From assembly GCA_041665585.1 (NCBI GenBank), contig JBAYIN010000005.1:29622-93621 (forward strand): DNA of 64,000 nt, given 5' to 3'. The notes below the pieces were generated by a model that searched no databases, was not told the DNA's origin, and saw nothing but the letters and a program-made list of their open reading frames with translations. This DNA is from Patescibacteria group bacterium (lineage in GTDB: Bacteria; Patescibacteriota; Gracilibacteria; JAHISY01). Below are positions 1-8,366 of the stretch, piece by piece (position 1 is the first letter of the stretch; each line of letters opens with the position of its first letter). The translations under genes and the position numbers were made by a program.

Positions 1-193
1 CTTTTTGTTCGAGGAATTTTTTCAGCGGTCGCAGACTTTTGCCACTCGCGTAAATCCCGGCGACGAGAACGACCGGTATTCGTTTGGATTTGATCGTCGT
101 GAAATCTCTAGCTCTGCTGCGCGAAAAATATTCGAGCCGCCAGAATTCGGCGCGCAGGCGAAAACTGGCGAGATGTTTTTTTAGCGTTTCCAT
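1..193 (-). CDS. Hypothetical protein, N-terminal part only (gene runs off left edge)
   Basis: ATG at 193..191 opens a stop-free minus-strand frame to position 1 (METLKKHLASF...RIPVVLVAGIYASGKS...). Codon usage is host-like. It overlaps the stop of the redoxin gene by 13 nt. It is absent from the ORF track because it is open-ended. Confidence 0.4.
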   Translation of the reverse strand, partial: METLKKHLASFRLRAEFWRLEYFSRSRARDFTTIKSKRIPVVLVAGIYASGKSLRPLKKFLEQK

Positions 194-723
194 TTGATCG
201 AACAGCCCAGCGCGGGATTTTGCGCTTCGCGCGGGATTTCCTCACCGGCGAGAATTTTCTCGAGCGCGGATTTTAATTCCGCGCGCTCGACTTTTTCCGG
301 CTGCTGCCAATTGTCGTCGATGCGACCGTGGTATTTCAGTTTGCGCTCAGCGTCGAAAACGAAAATATCCGGCGTGCAGACGGCGTGATATTTCGTCGCA
401 ATTTCCTGGGTTTCATCGCGCAGGTAGGGAAATTTCACCGGCAAATCTTGCATTTTCTCAAATGAATCAGCCGGATAATCGGTCGCGTCATTCGAATTGA
501 TGCCGACGAATTGGGTGGCGCGGTCGGCAAATTCCACCGCCAACTGATTTAAACGCTCCAAAACTGCCAAAACATAAGGGCAATGGTTGCACATGAAAAT
601 CACGACCAGAATTTTTTTGTCCGCGAAGCTCGCGAGCGAATACTGCTGTCCGTCCGCACCGGGCAAATTGAAATCTTTCGCGCTGGTGTTTTCGAGACCT
701 TTGACACTCTCGGTCAGAATCAT
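181..723 (-). CDS. Thioredoxin-fold thiol-disulfide oxidoreductase (redoxin/AhpC-TSA-like)
   Basis: 180 aa. CxxC active site in 'VVIFMCNHCPYV'. Redoxin-like layout. Confidence 0.8.
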   Translation of the reverse strand: MILTESVKGLENTSAKDFNLPGADGQQYSLASFADKKILVVIFMCNHCPYVLAVLERLNQLAVEFADRATQFVGINSNDATDYPADSFEKMQDLPVKFPYLRDETQEIATKYHAVCTPDIFVFDAERKLKYHGRIDDNWQQPEKVERAELKSALEKILAGEEIPREAQNPALGCSIKWKR

Positions 724-732
724 TGGAAAAAA

Positions 733-1470
733 TTAATCGAGAAAATTGCGAATGCGCTCGGCGATACCGAGTCCTTCGTGTTTCACTTTTTGCGCGAAAT
801 ACATGATGGGCGTGGCACTGATGGCGATTAGGGTTTTGACGACGAGTACGAAAGCGACTGTGCGCCCGAAATTTTCCGCTGTCACACTACTGCCAAGTTC
901 AGGATTTTGGGCAAGCAGCACAAACTGTCCGACAGCTGTGAAGAAAAGCGTGTCACCGGTTTGCGCGAGAATCATCGACAAACCATTGCGTAGCCAGAGT
1001 TGGTGTCCGTTCGTGGCTTTTTTCAAAAGGTCGTAAAACCAAACGCCGAAAGTTTGAAAAATAAAATAACTGGCGAGGCTCGCGGCGACGAGGCGGAAGC
1101 CCGGTGTGAAAATTGCTGCGAGCGCGGGCTGGGCGCGGTCGAAAGTATTTGGCGCGAAAGCGGTCGTGAGCGACGAGGCGACAAATAGGAAAACGCCTGC
1201 GCCGAGACCAGCCCACACGGCGTGTCGCGCGAATTTTTTTCCGTAAAATTCATTCAGCAGATTGATGGCGAGAAAAATTCCGCCGGAAAAAACGATGCCG
1301 CCGTTGATTGCGAGTCCGAAAAGGTCGAATTGCTTCAGCGCAAAAACATTCAGCAGCGCGACTTCACACGCCACCAGCGTGAAAAGATAACCGCGCCCGA
1401 GGCGAAACGCCAGGAGCGTCGTCGCGAGGACGAGAAATAAAAGTGTGAAAAAAATAGCTTCGTTCGACAT
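733..1470 (-). CDS. yhhQ: Queuosine-precursor transporter family membrane protein (YhhQ/VUT, DUF165)
   Basis: 245 aa polytopic membrane protein. The segment 'ASLASYFIFQTFGVWFYDLLKK...LWLRNGLSMILAQTGDTLFFTAV' parallels the conserved YhhQ core. Confidence 0.7.
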   Translation of the reverse strand: MSNEAIFFTLLFLVLATTLLAFRLGRGYLFTLVACEVALLNVFALKQFDLFGLAINGGIVFSGGIFLAINLLNEFYGKKFARHAVWAGLGAGVFLFVASSLTTAFAPNTFDRAQPALAAIFTPGFRLVAASLASYFIFQTFGVWFYDLLKKATNGHQLWLRNGLSMILAQTGDTLFFTAVGQFVLLAQNPELGSSVTAENFGRTVAFVLVVKTLIAISATPIMYFAQKVKHEGLGIAERIRNFLD

Positions 1471-1476
1471 CTCGTT

Positions 1477-1509
1477 GATTTTACGGAATTCAAGCGAACT
1501 CGTAAAATC
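1477..1509. promoter_or_regulatory. 9-bp inverted repeat in the 44-bp divergent yhhQ/yggT intergenic region (possible operator)
   Basis: 'gattttacg' (1477-1485), 15-nt spacer, 'cgtaaaatc' (1501-1509), lying between two divergently transcribed genes. Confidence 0.3.
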
Positions 1510-1514
1510 CGCAC

Positions 1515-1799
1515 ATGAATTTGAGTTTACAAACAGTTGCGATTCTCGAGAATACGGTTGATCTTTTTTTCCGCGCGTTGGGATTTTTGATCGTGCTGCG
1601 GATGCTGCTATCCTGGCTGGCTCCCGGCGCGCGCGGTCAGCTCAGCTTTTTTATTTTTTCCGCGACCGAGCCGATTCTCGCTTTTTTTCGTCGCTTGCCG
1701 CTCAGGGTCGGATTCTTCGATTTCTCCCCGCTCATCGCACTACTTGCGCTTGATTTCGCGCGACAAATCTTGCTGCGTATTCTGTTCGCCATCTTCTAG
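1515..1799 (+). CDS. YggT family membrane protein
   Basis: 94 aa with two TM segments. 'LRMLLSWL' and 'FDFSPLIALLAL' are typical of YggT. Confidence 0.75.
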   Translation: MNLSLQTVAILENTVDLFFRALGFLIVLRMLLSWLAPGARGQLSFFIFSATEPILAFFRRLPLRVGFFDFSPLIALLALDFARQILLRILFAIF

Positions 1800-1901
1800 G
1801 TTGAATGCTGAAGTTTAGAAACATGGAACACGAAACATGGAGGGAATTTTTAAATTTACGATTTTCAAATTTTCAAATAAAACTCAAGGCTCAACTCAAA
1901 A

Positions 1902-1931
1902 GTTAACCCACCAGATATCTGGTGGGTTAAC
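1902..1931. repeat. Perfect 30-nt palindrome, dispersed copy 1
   Basis: 'gttaacccaccagatatctggtgggttaac'. A second copy with one mismatch is at 20507..20536. Confidence 0.9.
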
Positions 1932-2244
1932 GACAGGCGTGCGTCAAGGCTAAAAAATAAAACGCTGGAAATCCAGAAACATGGAGCACATAACATGGAG
2001 CACATGACAGAATAGTTTGTTCCATGTTTTATGTTCCATGCTCCATAAATTACGAGACTTGAAAATTAGAAAATTCTGCGACGCTCAAATCCAAAATAGT
2101 TTTGAGATTTTAGTCAAGCTCAGCTGTTGTGAATTTGAGCTAAAAGGTCATTGCCCTGATTTCACTGCCAACACTCCTAACCTCGGAATTAATTCCAGGG
2201 TTAAAAACTAGACGGATAAAAAAATAGTATTGCGATTCTAGTTT

Positions 2245-2583
2245 CTAAAACGGCAGAATTTTTTCCGGCAGCCCGACGGAATAACGCAGTGTTTTGACTT
2301 TCGCGCCGCGTTTGATCAGCGCGTCGCGGACGACGGTCTCGGCGAGGCGCATTTGCGCCGCGATGGAAGAATTCGCGACGGCGATTTGGAGAACGCCATT
2401 TTTCAAAAATTTGACTGCAAATGCACCGGCGATTTCCGGCAGCTCGGCGAGAAAAAGTTTTTCACTGACGAAACAAATTTCAGCCGCGGAAAATTTGGCT
2501 GCCATTTTTTTTTGGGCGAGCACCGTGCGGAGGACGAATTTGATTGGGATGAAGTTCAATTTGTAATTTTCATAAGCTGACAA
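2245..2583 (-). CDS. DUF721/DciA-like protein
   Basis: 112 aa. The pattern 'FLKNGVLQIAVANSSIAAQMRLAETVV' resembles DUF721 family members. Confidence 0.5.
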   Translation of the reverse strand: MSAYENYKLNFIPIKFVLRTVLAQKKMAAKFSAAEICFVSEKLFLAELPEIAGAFAVKFLKNGVLQIAVANSSIAAQMRLAETVVRDALIKRGAKVKTLRYSVGLPEKILPF

Positions 2584-2613
2584 TATAATCTCAGCTAATT
2601 AATTTTACGACAA

Positions 2614-2973
2614 ATGGAAGCAAAAACCGCTGAGCAGTGGGGAAAAATCCTAGACCACATTAACGGCGAAGTAGATGAATTTCTTCAAGACAAGAACACG
2701 CTAGTGCAGTCGGTCAGACTATCTTATGCTGAGACAACCAGGCAAAAAGTTCAGGATGTTTTAATCGCTGCCGATCCATATCGCGAAGTCAAAACTTTAC
2801 GAGATACGATCGTCCGGTTTGTGAAAAATTGTTTTGCACTTTCGAGTCCAGATTTTCGCGCACAGAAAAAAGCTTTCGCTGAAGCTAAGAAATTAATGGC
2901 AAAAATCCCAGCTTTAACTCCTGACGAGCAAGAGCTTCAGGAATTCAACCACCGCGCGAGCCTCTGTAACTGA
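2614..2973 (+). CDS. Hypothetical protein (AT-rich orphan)
   Basis: 119-aa ORF with no recognisable motif. Its 3' end overlaps the convergent ispG by 60 nt. Confidence 0.35.
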   Translation: MEAKTAEQWGKILDHINGEVDEFLQDKNTLVQSVRLSYAETTRQKVQDVLIAADPYREVKTLRDTIVRFVKNCFALSSPDFRAQKKAFAEAKKLMAKIPALTPDEQELQEFNHRASLCN

Positions 2974-3969
2974 TTTTACAAACTTACCTTTTTGGTAAAT
3001 CGCGAACGATTTCTTGCCACCGACGAGCGCGAAATCGGCGTCTTTGGCTTCGCCCGGACCATTCACGATGCAGCCCATGACGGCTATTTTCAAAGCTTGT
3101 CTGTCGGCAGGCAGAGTCTTTTCAATTTTTTCGACGGCTTTTTCGACTTGGCGCACGATGGGAATGAGATCGACCTCGGTGCGTCCGCAGGTCGGACAAC
3201 TCACGACTTCGATTGCCGGGCGCAATTTCAAAATGCGCAGCAAATCTCGCGCCGCTGCGACTTCCGCGACTGGGTCAGCCGTGAGTGAAATGCGGATGGT
3301 GTCGCCGATGCCATCGCTGAGCAAACTGCCGAGCGCGACTGCCGATTTCAAAATGCCGAACTTCGGCGAACCGGCTTCGGTGACACCGAGGTGCAGCGGG
3401 TAATTTATTTTCTGCGCGAGCAGACGATTCGCGGCAATCGTCGTCGCGATGTCGGAACTTTTGACCGAGACGACCAAATTGCGGTAGCCGAGCTTCTCGA
3501 TCTTACGCACATTCTGCAGGGCGGAATTCGCCAGTTTCTCGGCTGGACTCCCGCTTCCGCGGGAGCAAGCTTTTTCGAGTGATCCAGAATTCACGCCGAC
3601 GCGCAGCGGAATCCCCCGCTTTTTGCAGACTTTCACGACGGCAGCCAACTTGGCAGGTGGAAAATTGCCGGGATTGAGGCGAATCTTGTCGGCGAATTCA
3701 GCCGCGGCGATCGCAAGCTCGGCGGAAAAATGAATGTCCGCGACCAAAGGAATCAGCGGAAATTTTCTACGAATTTTCTCAAAAGTTTGGAGGCCGACTT
3801 GATCTGGAACTGCGATGCGAAAAATTTCGCAACCGGCTTGCGCGAGTCGCCGAATTTGTCGCACTGCCGCAGGGAAATCGTGTGCGGGCGTGCAGAGCAT
3901 CGACTGAATCGCGACCGGCTGTCCGCCGCCGATTTTGAGTTTGCCGATTTGGACGACTTTAGTTTGCAT
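2914..3969 (-). CDS. ispG: 4-hydroxy-3-methylbut-2-en-1-yl diphosphate synthase
   Basis: 351 aa. 'KIGGGQPVAIQSM'. Fe-S cysteines in 'VVSCPTCGRTEVDL' and 'VMGCIVNGPGEA'. Confidence 0.95.
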   Translation of the reverse strand: MQTKVVQIGKLKIGGGQPVAIQSMLCTPAHDFPAAVRQIRRLAQAGCEIFRIAVPDQVGLQTFEKIRRKFPLIPLVADIHFSAELAIAAAEFADKIRLNPGNFPPAKLAAVVKVCKKRGIPLRVGVNSGSLEKACSRGSGSPAEKLANSALQNVRKIEKLGYRNLVVSVKSSDIATTIAANRLLAQKINYPLHLGVTEAGSPKFGILKSAVALGSLLSDGIGDTIRISLTADPVAEVAAARDLLRILKLRPAIEVVSCPTCGRTEVDLIPIVRQVEKAVEKIEKTLPADRQALKIAVMGCIVNGPGEAKDADFALVGGKKSFAIYQKGKFVKSVTEARAVVEFLKLLLVRS

Positions 3970-4777
3970 AGAACTCAGGTGGAATTTCCGCCGAAAAATT
4001 GTAATCTAAAATTTTGAGCTCGCCCGCGTGCAGTAGCATACGCGCATCTTGCGCATTGCCGTAAATCGGGTCACCGACGATCGGCATCCCCACTGCTGCG
4101 AGGTGCGCGCGAATCTGGTGCGTCCGCCCCGTCGTGATTTCGACTGCGAGCAAAGCAGTATTATTGTGCAGGCGTCTGACGACTTTCCAGAAAGTCTGTG
4201 CCGCCAGACCGATTTTCACGATTTCCATTTTGGGACCGACTTTTTTCAAATTCAAATTAATCTCGCCGGAATTTTCCCGCGGCAGCTTGGCGACGACGGC
4301 AAAGTATTTTTTGAAAACTTGGCGCGCCCGAAAAGCGTCTTCGAGCTTACGCGCGGTCCCCGCATTTTTCGCGAAAATGACCACGCCACTCGTCGCGCGG
4401 TCGAGGCGGTGGACGACAGTGAGGCGCAGATTTAGCAAAGTCTCGGCGCAGCTGCGCAGATCGTCGCCGTGCGTGCCGACACCCGCGTGTGTCGTGAGTC
4501 CCGCCCGTTTCGCGAAGGCAATCACATTTTTGTCTTCGAAAATAATCTGGTTGCCCGTGAGCTCAGAGAAAAATTTGCGCGGATCCGGCAGGAAAACTTC
4601 GACGACGGAATTGGCAGTGATTTTCGTTTCGGCTTTCAGTGGAATTTTCGCGACTTTGATTTCGCGCTTGCGAAAAAGCTTCTGCAGAAAAGTCCGTTTC
4701 AGAAACGGCAATTTTTCAGCGACGAATTTTTCGGCGCGGATTTCGCGAGTGGTTTTGAGTTCGAGCTTCAACTTCAC
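3959..4777 (-). CDS. RluA-family 23S rRNA/tRNA pseudouridine synthase
   Basis: 272 aa. Catalytic motif 'HRLDRATSGVVIFAKN'. C-terminal 'GRTHQIRAHL'. Confidence 0.9.
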   Translation of the reverse strand: MKLKLELKTTREIRAEKFVAEKLPFLKRTFLQKLFRKREIKVAKIPLKAETKITANSVVEVFLPDPRKFFSELTGNQIIFEDKNVIAFAKRAGLTTHAGVGTHGDDLRSCAETLLNLRLTVVHRLDRATSGVVIFAKNAGTARKLEDAFRARQVFKKYFAVVAKLPRENSGEINLNLKKVGPKMEIVKIGLAAQTFWKVVRRLHNNTALLAVEITTGRTHQIRAHLAAVGMPIVGDPIYGNAQDARMLLHAGELKILDYNFSAEIPPEFYAN

Positions 4778-4846
4778 AATTTTACTCGAAAAAAGTAGAA
4801 TCTTCGCATTGCTCAGGTAGTCGTGGTAAAAAATCTATCAACTATT

Positions 4847-4879
4847 AATCCCGAAGGGACCCCTTCGGGGCTATCAACT
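4847..4879. repeat. 33-nt double-hairpin element, copy 1
   Basis: 'aatcccgaagggaccccttcggggctatcaact'. An exact reverse-complement copy is at 37982..38014. It is flanked here by the 10-nt direct repeat 'ctatcaacta' (4834-4843 and 4871-4880). Confidence 0.9.
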
Positions 4880-4889
4880 ACAAACTGAC

Positions 4890-4973
4890 TGGGGTGTCGC
4901 CAATCACCGCTGAGCGGGACTTCGCTTCGCTCAGGCGGAAGGCATCCCGCCTAGGCGGGACATGCGGGGGCTT
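4890..4973 (+). pseudogene. Degenerate tRNA-Gln copy interrupted by GC hairpins
   Basis: It shares 'tggggtgtcgccaa', 'gcggaaggca' and 'catgcggggg' with the intact tRNA-Gln. The blocks are separated by the inserted hairpins 'ccgctgagcgg...' and 'tcccgcctaggcggga'. Confidence 0.6.
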
Positions 4974-5001
4974 AAATTAAAATGAATAGGGAGAATCAAA
5001 T

Positions 5002-5039
5002 TGGGGTGTCGTCCCGCTTAGCGGGATAAGGCAGCGGTT
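5002..5039 (+). pseudogene. tRNA-Gln 5'-half fragment with inserted hairpin
   Basis: 'tggggtgtcg' + 'tcccgcttagcggga' + 'taaggcagcggtt'. The D-arm sequence is replaced by the hairpin. Confidence 0.6.
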
Positions 5040-5054
5040 GAAAATTTAACTAAT

Positions 5055-5129
5055 TGGGGTGTCGCCAAGCGGTAAGGCAGCGGTTTCTGGAACCGCCATG
5101 CGGGGGTTCGAATCCCTCCACCCCAACCA
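5055..5129 (+). tRNA. tRNA-Gln: tRNA-Gln (anticodon CTG), CCA encoded
   Basis: Cloverleaf folded by hand. Acceptor tggggtg/cacccca. Anticodon arm gcggt-ttCTGga-accgc. T-arm ggggg-ttcgaat-ccctc. Confidence 0.9.
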
Positions 5130-5259
5130 ACAAAATGTTCTCGCCACAAAGTGGCGGGGTTATTTTGTTTGGGGTACGAGGGTGAAAACACCCGGGAGCA
5201 CAATCTTCGAATTTCACGAAACTTTCCGGCGCGTGCCGTCGCGGAATTTTGAATCTCGA

Positions 5260-5300
5260 CAAACTTCGAGCCAGCTTCGAATCCCTCCACCCCAACCAAC
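5260..5300. repeat. Direct repeat containing the tRNA-Gln 3' end (left island boundary)
   Basis: 5276..5300 is identical to tRNA positions 5107..5131 ('ttcgaatccctccaccccaaccaac'). The upstream 'caaacttcgagccagc' matches the repeat at 9926. Confidence 0.85.
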
Positions 5301-5403
5301 ACGGGCACCCATGCTCGACTCACTTGCCCTAGACATGGGGGTATAATGCTTAGTTCATTATAAAAGGAATATAATTAAACTCGGATCGATAATCATTTTC
5401 AAT

Positions 5404-6582
5404 ATGACTGCACATGACCCAAAACAGGAAATCAATCAGCTCCAAGAGATTTTATGCAGCCCCTCTAAAAAAATAGGATTTCTTTTTGGTGCAGGAATCT
5501 CAATGAAAAAAACCGATGGTACTGACTTAATCATCGGAACAGATGGAATGACTTCCGCCGTGATAAGCGAATTTATCTCTCCGCAAAAAGAAGCGATTGA
5601 GCTGATTAAAACTGAAATTGAGACTGATAGTAAAAAATTCAACATAGAAACTTTACTTTCTAAAATTTCTGAAAAGGCAAGGGCGGCTGGCAGTGAAAAA
5701 TTATGTGGACTGAAAAAGATCGAGTTGGAAAAATTACGAGATGATATAGAAAATGAAATAAGAGAGAAGGTGTCAGTCCACAATACTAGCCATCCATCTC
5801 ATTCAGAGATTGAAAAAACAAATCACAATACATTTGCGAAATGGATTAAAAATGCGGATAGAGAATTTCCAGTGGAAATTTTTACTACAAACTATGATTA
5901 TCTCTTGGAGCTTGCCCTTGAAAAACAGCAAATCCCATATTTTGATGGATTTGTCGGTAGTTATAAAGCATTTTTTTGCCCAGAATGGATTGAGGCAGAC
6001 TCTCCAGTAAAAGATTGGGCAAAATTATGGAAGCTGCATGGCTCCCTTGGGTGGGAACAAAACGAGGTAAAGGAAATCGTTAGAACATCAGGGGTAAGTG
6101 GTAAGGCAATGATCTATCCATCGTTTTTAAAGTATGACCACTCAAAAAAACAGCCATACCTGAGTTACATGGACAGACTTTCTTATTTCTTGCGACAAGA
6201 GGATTCCGTTCTTTTTATTTGTGGCTATTCTTTCGGTGATGAGCATATCAACGAGATAATTCTGACATCACTTACGCGGTCACGTTCTTCGCATGTGTTT
6301 ATATTCAAAAACAGTGAATTAGCAGAGAAAGATTTTTTATCTACAGAAATTGCACAAAAAAATTCCAAAGTGTCGGTTTATGCGAAAAGATCTGCCGTCA
6401 TTGGTTGTAAATTTGGGGATTGGAGACTTGCTTCGAGAGAAGATCAGTTAGATTTTTATAAAGAAGACAAGCCAACAACAGCCAAAGATTGGGATGGTGG
6501 CGGAGAATTATCGCTAGGTGACTTTAAAGAATTCGCTGCTTTTTTATCAGAATTTTACAGAAAACATAATGCCCAAAAATAA
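5404..6582 (+). CDS. SIR2-like (SIR2_2 family) NAD-utilising defence effector
   Basis: 392 aa. 'GFLFGAGIS', 'FTTNYDYLLE', 'KLHGSLGW' and 'ICGYSFGDEHIN' are hallmarks of defence-type SIR2 domains. Confidence 0.8.
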   Translation: MTAHDPKQEINQLQEILCSPSKKIGFLFGAGISMKKTDGTDLIIGTDGMTSAVISEFISPQKEAIELIKTEIETDSKKFNIETLLSKISEKARAAGSEKLCGLKKIELEKLRDDIENEIREKVSVHNTSHPSHSEIEKTNHNTFAKWIKNADREFPVEIFTTNYDYLLELALEKQQIPYFDGFVGSYKAFFCPEWIEADSPVKDWAKLWKLHGSLGWEQNEVKEIVRTSGVSGKAMIYPSFLKYDHSKKQPYLSYMDRLSYFLRQEDSVLFICGYSFGDEHINEIILTSLTRSRSSHVFIFKNSELAEKDFLSTEIAQKNSKVSVYAKRSAVIGCKFGDWRLASREDQLDFYKEDKPTTAKDWDGGGELSLGDFKEFAAFLSEFYRKHNAQK

Positions 6583-8353
6583 TGAAACATTTATCGGTAA
6601 AGTTAGTAGCGTGACTGGTAGCACGCTTGCTATTGAGTTGGACGAAAATATTCGATCAACTCTTCCGATTATTGATGGTGTTTTGTATCGTGTTGGTCAA
6701 ATAGGTTCTTTTATCAGGATTCCACTTGGTTATGTGAATCTGTATGGCGTCATTACCCAAGCTGGTTCTGATGCGATTCCTGAAAAATTAGTTGAACAAG
6801 AGAATATGCGAGGATCTCGCTGGATAAAAGCAACTCTGATTGGTGAAGGAATCGGTAAAAAATTTGAAAAAGGAGTTCTAAAATTTCCAATTGCCGATGA
6901 CGAAGTGCATTTAGTTACAAAGGACGATCTCGAACTTATTTATGGAGGATTGGACGAAGCAAAATCAATTGCCGTTGGACAGGTGAGCGCATCTGAGAGT
7001 CTTTCTGCGAGAATCGACATTGATCGATTTATTAATCGACATTGCGCTATTTTAGGATCTACTGGAAGTGGAAAATCAAACACTGTTTCGGTTATCTTGG
7101 AGGCCATTGCGACAAGAAAAGATAAAAATGGGGATGACATAAAAAGCACAAGAATTCTTTTAATTGATCCTCATGGAGAATATGGAGAAATTCTGAGTGA
7201 ATATAGCCAAATTTTTAAAGTTGGGGCAGATACTTCAAAACAAGAAAAAGAACTTATAATTCCATATTGGGCATTGCCTTTTCAGGAATTCATAAAAAGT
7301 TTTCCAGGTAAATTAAACGAAAAGCAGGAAGAATATATTCGGGAAAAAGTTTTAAAGAAAAAAATTGAGGCTTCTAAAAATCTAAATACCGCGCCAAAAG
7401 AGGAGGCGATTACGGCTGATAGTCCGATACCTTTTAGCGTTAGGCAGTTATGGTTTGAATTGGATGATTTTGAAAGGAAGACTTTCAAAAAAGACAGAAT
7501 TACTACCACTCTAGATTCAGCTAATCCTGGAAATGCTCAAAACTTAAAATCTAATAAATACGAACCTGTTGGCATTGGGTCATCCGAGCCATTTTTAAAC
7601 AACTCAGCACAGGGAGTCTTAGGATTTCTTACTTTAATGAAAAATCGACTTTTAGATACGCGGTTTAGATTTCTATATGAATTGGGTAATTTAACACCAG
7701 CGTTGGACGGGAAAATTATAGGCGATCTAGATACTCTCATTCAGGAGTGGGTAGGGGCAGAAAAACCAATAACGATTCTCGACCTCTCTAGTATCCCTTC
7801 GGAAATTATGGGATCAATCTCAGGTTCTTTGCTGTCGATTATTTATGAGTTTTTATACTGGGGGCAAAATGAGGATGTAGGTGGGCGTAAAACGCCTATA
7901 TTGCTGGTCTTGGAAGAAGCCCATAATTACTTAAAATCAGGAGAAAATTCTATTGCCTCGCGTACTGTTCAGAAAATAGCAAAAGAGGGGCGTAAATATG
8001 GATCTGGTCTTTTACTTGTAACACAGCGACCGTCAGAATTGGATGAGACTGTTTTAAGTCAGTGCGGATCAGTTATCGCGTTACGAATGACAAACTCAAA
8101 CGACCGAGGACGTATAAAAAATTTCGTTGAAGATTCTTTGAACGAATTAGTGGAGCTTTTGCCAAGTTTGAGAACTGGTGAGGGTTTAATCATGGGTGAG
8201 TGCGTAAAACTTCCAATGCGCACAAAGTTTAGTAAAGCAAAAGAATCCAAAAGCACAGATCCGCTCGTCTCCGAACAATGGAAGAAAGATTTGCCGAATG
8301 CAGCAAATTATAAAAAGGTGCTTGAATTTTGGCGTAATAACAAATTTACTTAA
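6569..8353 (+). CDS. HerA-like (DUF87) P-loop ATPase, partner of SIR2
   Basis: Walker A 'GSTGSGKSN', Walker B 'ILLVLEEAHNY', and 'LLLVTQRPSEL'. The start is taken at the ATG at 6569 (MPKNNETFIGK), which overlaps the SIR2 stop by 14 nt. Confidence 0.85.
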   Translation: MPKNNETFIGKVSSVTGSTLAIELDENIRSTLPIIDGVLYRVGQIGSFIRIPLGYVNLYGVITQAGSDAIPEKLVEQENMRGSRWIKATLIGEGIGKKFEKGVLKFPIADDEVHLVTKDDLELIYGGLDEAKSIAVGQVSASESLSARIDIDRFINRHCAILGSTGSGKSNTVSVILEAIATRKDKNGDDIKSTRILLIDPHGEYGEILSEYSQIFKVGADTSKQEKELIIPYWALPFQEFIKSFPGKLNEKQEEYIREKVLKKKIEASKNLNTAPKEEAITADSPIPFSVRQLWFELDDFERKTFKKDRITTTLDSANPGNAQNLKSNKYEPVGIGSSEPFLNNSAQGVLGFLTLMKNRLLDTRFRFLYELGNLTPALDGKIIGDLDTLIQEWVGAEKPITILDLSSIPSEIMGSISGSLLSIIYEFLYWGQNEDVGGRKTPILLVLEEAHNYLKSGENSIASRTVQKIAKEGRKYGSGLLLVTQRPSELDETVLSQCGSVIALRMTNSNDRGRIKNFVEDSLNELVELLPSLRTGEGLIMGECVKLPMRTKFSKAKESKSTDPLVSEQWKKDLPNAANYKKVLEFWRNNKFT

Positions 8354-8366
8354 TTATTTTTTCATT

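Noticed and set aside
1471-1514. A preQ1 riboswitch upstream of the yhhQ-like queuosine-precursor transporter
   Set aside because: Only 44 nt are available. The sequence is a simple symmetric inverted repeat without the preQ1-I loop and A-rich tail pattern.
2017-2211. 64-aa ORF in the yggT downstream region
   Set aside because: It starts inside the 'gttccatg' word repeats. It has no motif, and the composition is typical of the repeat-rich intergenic DNA.
4134-4820. 228-aa plus-strand ORF
   Set aside because: It is antisense to the RluA-family pseudouridine synthase gene, and the translation is low-complexity.
5018-5346. Three ORFs (81-101 aa) across the tRNA-Gln locus
   Set aside because: They read through the tRNA gene and its repeat copies, and the region is better explained as tRNA plus att-like repeats.
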